This document shows positions 58,701 to 64,000 of a stretch of DNA of 64,000 nucleotides, piece by piece (within the stretch, counting starts at the first letter, position 1; each line of letters starts with the position of its first letter). Under the pieces are notes generated by a model. That model had not been told where the DNA came from. It saw only the letters and a program-made list of their open reading frames with translations, and did no database searches. Made by a program: the position numbers and the translations under genes. This DNA is from Cycas panzhihuaensis (taxonomy: Eukaryota; Plantae; Cycadophyta): the NCBI GenBank assembly GCA_023213395.1, contig CM041465.1:172677741-172741740 (forward strand). Reading direction: 5' to 3'.

Positions 58701-60000
58701 TCACCGTTCCCCAGGCTCCACTTGGCACCTTCCACAAGCATCTTCCTCATAAATATGAGGCTTCTCCATATCTTAGAACCACCTTTTAATAAGATATCAT
58801 CCATCAAGTACTATCTATGCTTGAGATATTTCTGAGTTATAATTATACAATAGAATTTATTATCCTCTTATCTAGGCTCCATCCAAGTTTTGCCACTAAG
58901 GCCCTATTAAAATAAGTTATATCTTTCACGTTGAGACCCTTGCTTACTTAGGAAGGCAGACTTTCTCCCAGGCTATAAGGTGAATCCTATCTTTATCCTC
59001 TGATCTCGACCATAAGAACCTCTTTTGAATGGACTCAAGGTCATTAATGATCTTGGAAGGACATCTGAATAGGGACATCATATATATGGGAACACTCTGG
59101 AGGGAAGTGGTGAATAATTGTAGTTTACTAGCTTGACTCAATAAGGCCCCTTTCCACCCTACCAACTTCCTTTGAACATGATGTATAATGGGATTCTAAA
59201 GCTCTTTCTCCAATTTGCCTACAAAGAGAGGCATTCTAAGGTATAGGGAGGGGAGCCTCCTAATAAGCATTTATGCCTTAAGAATAACTTCCCTTTAGAA
59301 GGAAAATGAGGATTTTTGGTCTGTGACCATTTTGAAGTCATTACCCTTTAAATAATATTTTCAGATTATTTTCACTTGTATTACAACTAAAAACTCTAGA
59401 TTAAAGACATTGTATCTTTATTTAGCCTCATTCATCTTCTTACTTTATAAGCCATAATTTTACCTTCTTACATAAATACTACCTCTATAGTATAATCATT
59501 AGGATAATTATGGACCATAAAGGGTTTTAAGGGATTAAGTAATATTAACATAAGGGATTTAGTTAATTTATATTTCATTGAATAAAACAATCTTAGTTGC
59601 TTTTGAGTCTAAATAAATCTTCTTGATTTATATTGTAAGTCAAGCTGCTATTTTATAGAAATTCAATATAAATTCCTATAAAAGCTTGCTAATCTAAGAA
59701 AGCTTCTTATATCATGAACATTTTGACAGGTTTTTTTATTATTTTACTACTTTGATTTTATTTGGATCAGCATAAATGCATTTAGAGGAAATAATATGCC
59801 CAAGGTATTTAATTTAATCTTTCATGAATTTATATTTAAATAGTTTTCCTTATAATTTATCTTTTCTTAATATGTCTAAGATTAATCTTAAGTGAATCAT
59901 ATGGTCATCTTTTATTTTTTCTAAAAATCATAATATAATCCAAGAAACCTATCATGAATTTATGCAAGAAGGGTTTAAACACATCATTTATCATTCTTAT
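55750..60000 (-). pseudogene. Decayed Ty3/gypsy pol (RT, RNase H, integrase), interrupted by L1 57120-59272
   Basis: INDVFKPFL.KF.IGFLDYIMI, H..HLRLILDILR, IKYLGHIIS...ADPNKI, KYYLKGNDFKMVTDQKS, VILKALSK; faint integrase SIDF and IGMA..KALYGY. Confidence 0.8.
57120..59272 (-). mobile_element. 5'-truncated L1-clade LINE, same family as 23085-26698
   Basis: WKGALLSQA.KLQL...LQS.PIY.MSLF, KRFLW, GNGERINFWEDVW, IPKVAIF, CILC..EEES.NHI.LHC, WNLWKERNRRIF, RNase H INFDG; T-tail at 57118-57124; perfect 18-bp TSD atgccttaagaataactt (57102-57119 / 59273-59290). Confidence 0.95.
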
Positions 60001-61809
60001 AAAAGAGATATAACTTGGAAAAGAAAAAACAAGGTAAATTCTTTGTAAAGTGGGGTTGACCCTTTGGTTTAAGGTGCCATAGGAGAAGGGAGTTTATTCC
60101 ACTAAAATCACCCATGATTTACACCTAGCCTCACCCACTACAAATACAATTATAACAAATTGCTTTAAACCCCTTAAAAAGCCTGAAGCTACCATAATTC
60201 ATAAAGTTATAAACACACTCTCTCACACTCAACAATATGTAATCAATTATCCTCTAGCTACACTGTCCATAACATCATACTACCATCATAAATGGCATAA
60301 AACTTTCTTCATTAACTATCACAAATTGCTATTAAGCTTAAGACAATCAAGCTTATCCTTTAAGCCAACGAAAGTGTTGGAATGCTATTGTGGCACTGCC
60401 ATTAATGCCATAAAATATCACATCCACTTAGTAAAAGAATTTGCAAGCCACACAACCATAACTAAGGATGACTTAAGCCACATGCCAAACTATTGCTACC
60501 ATAAGTGCCTCAAGATTTGATCAATAATATAATCTAGAAGTAATATGTATCGATTTTAGGCTAGTATATAAATGATCAAAATCTTAACCTTTAATCACTT
60601 TTATCACTTAGCTCCACATAGATTAATAACATAATATTAAGGCTACTATATTAAGTAATAATAAAACCTATCCTTGAAGTATTGATAAATAGTGGGTGCA
60701 TCATTGCCATAGCTTCCACTCAAGTCATCATGTAAACCATGATAATATGTCATCACCCAAGCTTAACTAAATAAGTAGTTAGAATATAAGCATTTGTTAT
60801 TATTCCGAAGAGACATCATGTGATTCATATATACATCATCCATCACCAATTTAAGAGCATTAGTTAATTACTAAACTATGCCTTTTAAGTTAATAATGAA
60901 CATATCACATTGTAATCATTATTGATTAACAATATTAATCTATGTGTATTATTTTTAACATGATAATTAATTTGTCCCATTTATTTGAATGATACAATGA
61001 TAATTAAGAGACACTAATTAGAGCCATATAATATTGAGTGATTTTGTCAAAAAAACCACTGGTTATTACCAATCCAACAAAAATTATCATCTCAAAATTA
61101 AGTTAAACATAAATGTTACAGAGCATTAATAGAGAGAATCTATGCTAATTATAAATAGCGTTGGACACCAATTAATATCTAACTTGGTCATAACTTAATA
61201 ATACCATGATGAAAACCAATGCTTGGCTAATACTCACTAAAGTTCATCGAATATAAATCCACAGCGATCCCTCTAATACCAAGTTATGTCATATAATCTT
61301 TAATAGTAAACTTGCCATTCATAATAAAACATGACACCAATCCATCCTTCACCTATAACAAATTGACAAATACTCAATCTACTAACACACTTTAAACTAG
61401 CCCTTACTAACACATATTTTCATCTCTCCTTAATAATATAATAAATATAATAACTACTCACCATCATCAAAGTGACCAAACACACCTAAAATTAAGAACT
61501 GTCTACTAATCAAAGTCTTATAGATGAAAATCCCCACTCAATACCTAGTATGATCATACTCCAAGTAATTCAAACTGAAGAAGTTGATCCAAGGAGATCC
61601 TATGGAACTTCAAAGACTAACACCTTTCATAACAAAAACTATACATTGTCTCACTATAATTTGGAGATCACTACTATCTCTAGCCCACAAAACTAACACA
61701 GTCCATGCCAATCCACAATTAAAGTATGGATATGGAACAAAGCCATAAGATTGTGTCCACATGATTTTTAGTGTAAATAACTAAAGAACTTGACAATAAC
61801 ATAAGACTC

Positions 61810-64000
61810 TATTTATTTATATTCTAGGTTGTGCATAATATTTATTCATTTAATTAGCACCAAATAAGACTTGTTGTTAGAAAGCATTGGTCCCTTAAAA
61901 TTTTGACCTTACCTTACACAAGAGAAATCCCACTATAAGCTAGCTCATTCACTATATTGTTATTTTAGCATGAGATGTGTTGAAAAGTGATACTTTGAAA
62001 TCTTTTACTTATACTTATGGGTTCATGATGGACATGCTTGATATACATATTAACAGGATCTTTGCTATTCATCATAGCCTTGATCTCCATCTTTAAGTCT
62101 CTAAGAACTCGTAGCCACTTAACTCTAGATTATAATACTAAAAATAATCCTTTAATTAGTGCCAAGAATTTAATTGCATTATTTGAAGTATTCCCAAGCC
62201 TTTTTGCAAACTCTACATTGACATTCCCATAGGGATCTTTAATAAAGTTCTTAGCTCTAGCTAGTGGCAGATTGTGTTTTGAGGCTGCATCAAAGAATTT
62301 ATGATAATGATTATTTTCTAATACCAACTTGTATTCAACCTTGTGGTCACCATGCCCAATATTCTTCACCCTACTGTGTAGTTCATCTAACATCTTAAAT
62401 TCTCTAATAAAAAGGGGCTTACTTATTTGGATAACAAATTCATGGACATAGGCTAAAAGCCTCAACTGTCCTTTTATGTGGCATCGATAGGCTAATGCCG
62501 ATAGGAATTTCGCTTAAGAGACAACTTTACTCTACGATAACCATACATACCAATAAACTAAATAAGGTAAGAAAATATAAATTTCTTAGATAATTAGTTT
62601 ACCCTTAAGTTGATAGGGAAACTTTCCAACCCACGTCTTATCAAGATGCATAAGGCATTGATTGCCATCAAGGTGAGGAGGCATGCATTTCAATAACTTC
62701 CAAACCTGACTTCACACTTCTAAAGTAAATGAGCATTACATAAACAAGTGAGTTATACTTTCTTTATTACCATTGCATAACATGAAAATGGATAGGCCTA
62801 TAATTACTCTTTTGTGCATGCTTTCAATGGCTTGAATAACTCTATGCATAACTAGTCATATAAAGTGATCTAATTTTGGGACTGATGGGTTTCCCCATAA
62901 TTATCTCCACCACAGTATTCCTTGTGAATTCAGGGGGTCCTTCTTCTTAACATCATTGTATATGCAACCTTGATGGTATATGATATTAAGCTCAAGTAAG
63001 GCCCCCACACAATCTTGTCATCTCCACCGTGGATCCTAATTCTTCATTGAAGAAGCATTGAGTTGAGGTGTTTATATTCTAGCTAGATGTTATAAGGAAT
63101 GCTAGGTCAATCTTCCACCACTTTAATGGTCTATTCCACATCTTCTATGCTGCCTTTTTTACAAAATTATTAACTGTATACATTTATTTCATCTAAAATC
63201 ATGATTGAAGGCTTGCAATTATGTTATTATTAAATATCGATGGTATCCCATGGATTGGGTCCAACCATACATCAACCTTATTGCCATTATTGATCTTCCA
63301 TAAGATGGCTATATTGAACAAGCCCACATCATTGAAAATCTTACTCCATATTGTAAAGCCACCGTTACATAACTTCATGTCTAGGTTCACAATGGTCTCA
63401 TGCTTCCCACTTATGTGCTTATTTACCAAAATTCTTGTAAATAGAGAATTTGGCTTTGTTCACATTTTCTATGTAATCTTAGCTCCATATAATAGAGGAA
63501 CCCTTAACAAGGGCCTAACACCTAACTTATCACTATGCTTTAGGGTGCACATTGTATCCCATTTAATAAGATGAAACTTCCTACATTCAGGGTCTTAAGT
63601 ACCTTTATATAAAACCCCCTAATTTATTTCTAGAGTTAATCTAATACTTTGATAGAAATATGGATTATTACTAGTAAATAGATCATAATAGACTTGAATA
63701 CTACTTTTCTAAGAATGGCTTTATCAACAAGGGATAACCATATAAAGGTCTAAGAATTAATCCTTAGGCCTATCTAATCCATAACCTCTTTTTATTGAGC
63801 TACCCTTTGTCTCTTATAACCAATGGGGACATTAGGATACGTGAAAAACTATTTTCCTTCATATAACTGGAACCCCATAATTAAGTTTAACCTTCAAGAT
63901 ATGGCATTGGAATAATTAACTATCACGACCTTGGAATTTTTTAAATTGATCTTAGCTCCAGATACTAAACAAAACCACTCTAGGATGTCTTTAAATTTCC
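61810..64000 (-). mobile_element. Older L1-clade LINE 3' part (zf-RVT, RNase H), continues beyond the window
   Basis: WKINNGNKVDVWLDP, zf-RVT cysteine region ~62690-62900, RNase H FFDAASK.N...IKD..G..LGNTSNN..E/KFLALIKGL. Confidence 0.8.

Noticed and set aside
60100-61800. Short ORFs and CAT/CCA-rich sequence
   Set aside because: No recognisable motif; left unannotated

Overview
AT-rich land-plant heterochromatin (gymnosperm-like by element types; inference only). It is almost entirely nested, decayed retrotransposons, with no intact host gene, RNA gene or CRISPR. Left to right: (1) a circularly permuted Ty1/copia fragment (1247-4011) held between two outward-facing Ty3/gypsy LTRs. (2) A ~7 kb (TA)n array with CA/TG variants, a 330-bp unique island in its middle, and the last coding segment of a LAMMER (AFC/CLK) kinase fused to its right end. 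(3) Gag/RT relics. (4) A chromovirus (19959-28576) interrupted by an L1 LINE. (5) A 22-kb nest built on a non-coding LTR family ('X', 29189-51410), containing a second non-coding LTR element with a chromovirus inside, and an inverted self-insertion of X with a full-length copia inside. (6) An ORF1-only L1 derivative. (7) A minus-strand gypsy interrupted by a second L1 of the same family. (8) A third L1 running off the window. Best leads: both related L1 copies sit at the same homologous site (the RNase H 'ADALSR' end) of their gypsy hosts, in the host's sense orientation; and the permuted copia looks like a captured autointegration circle. All alignments were made by eye; boundaries without TSD support are approximate.
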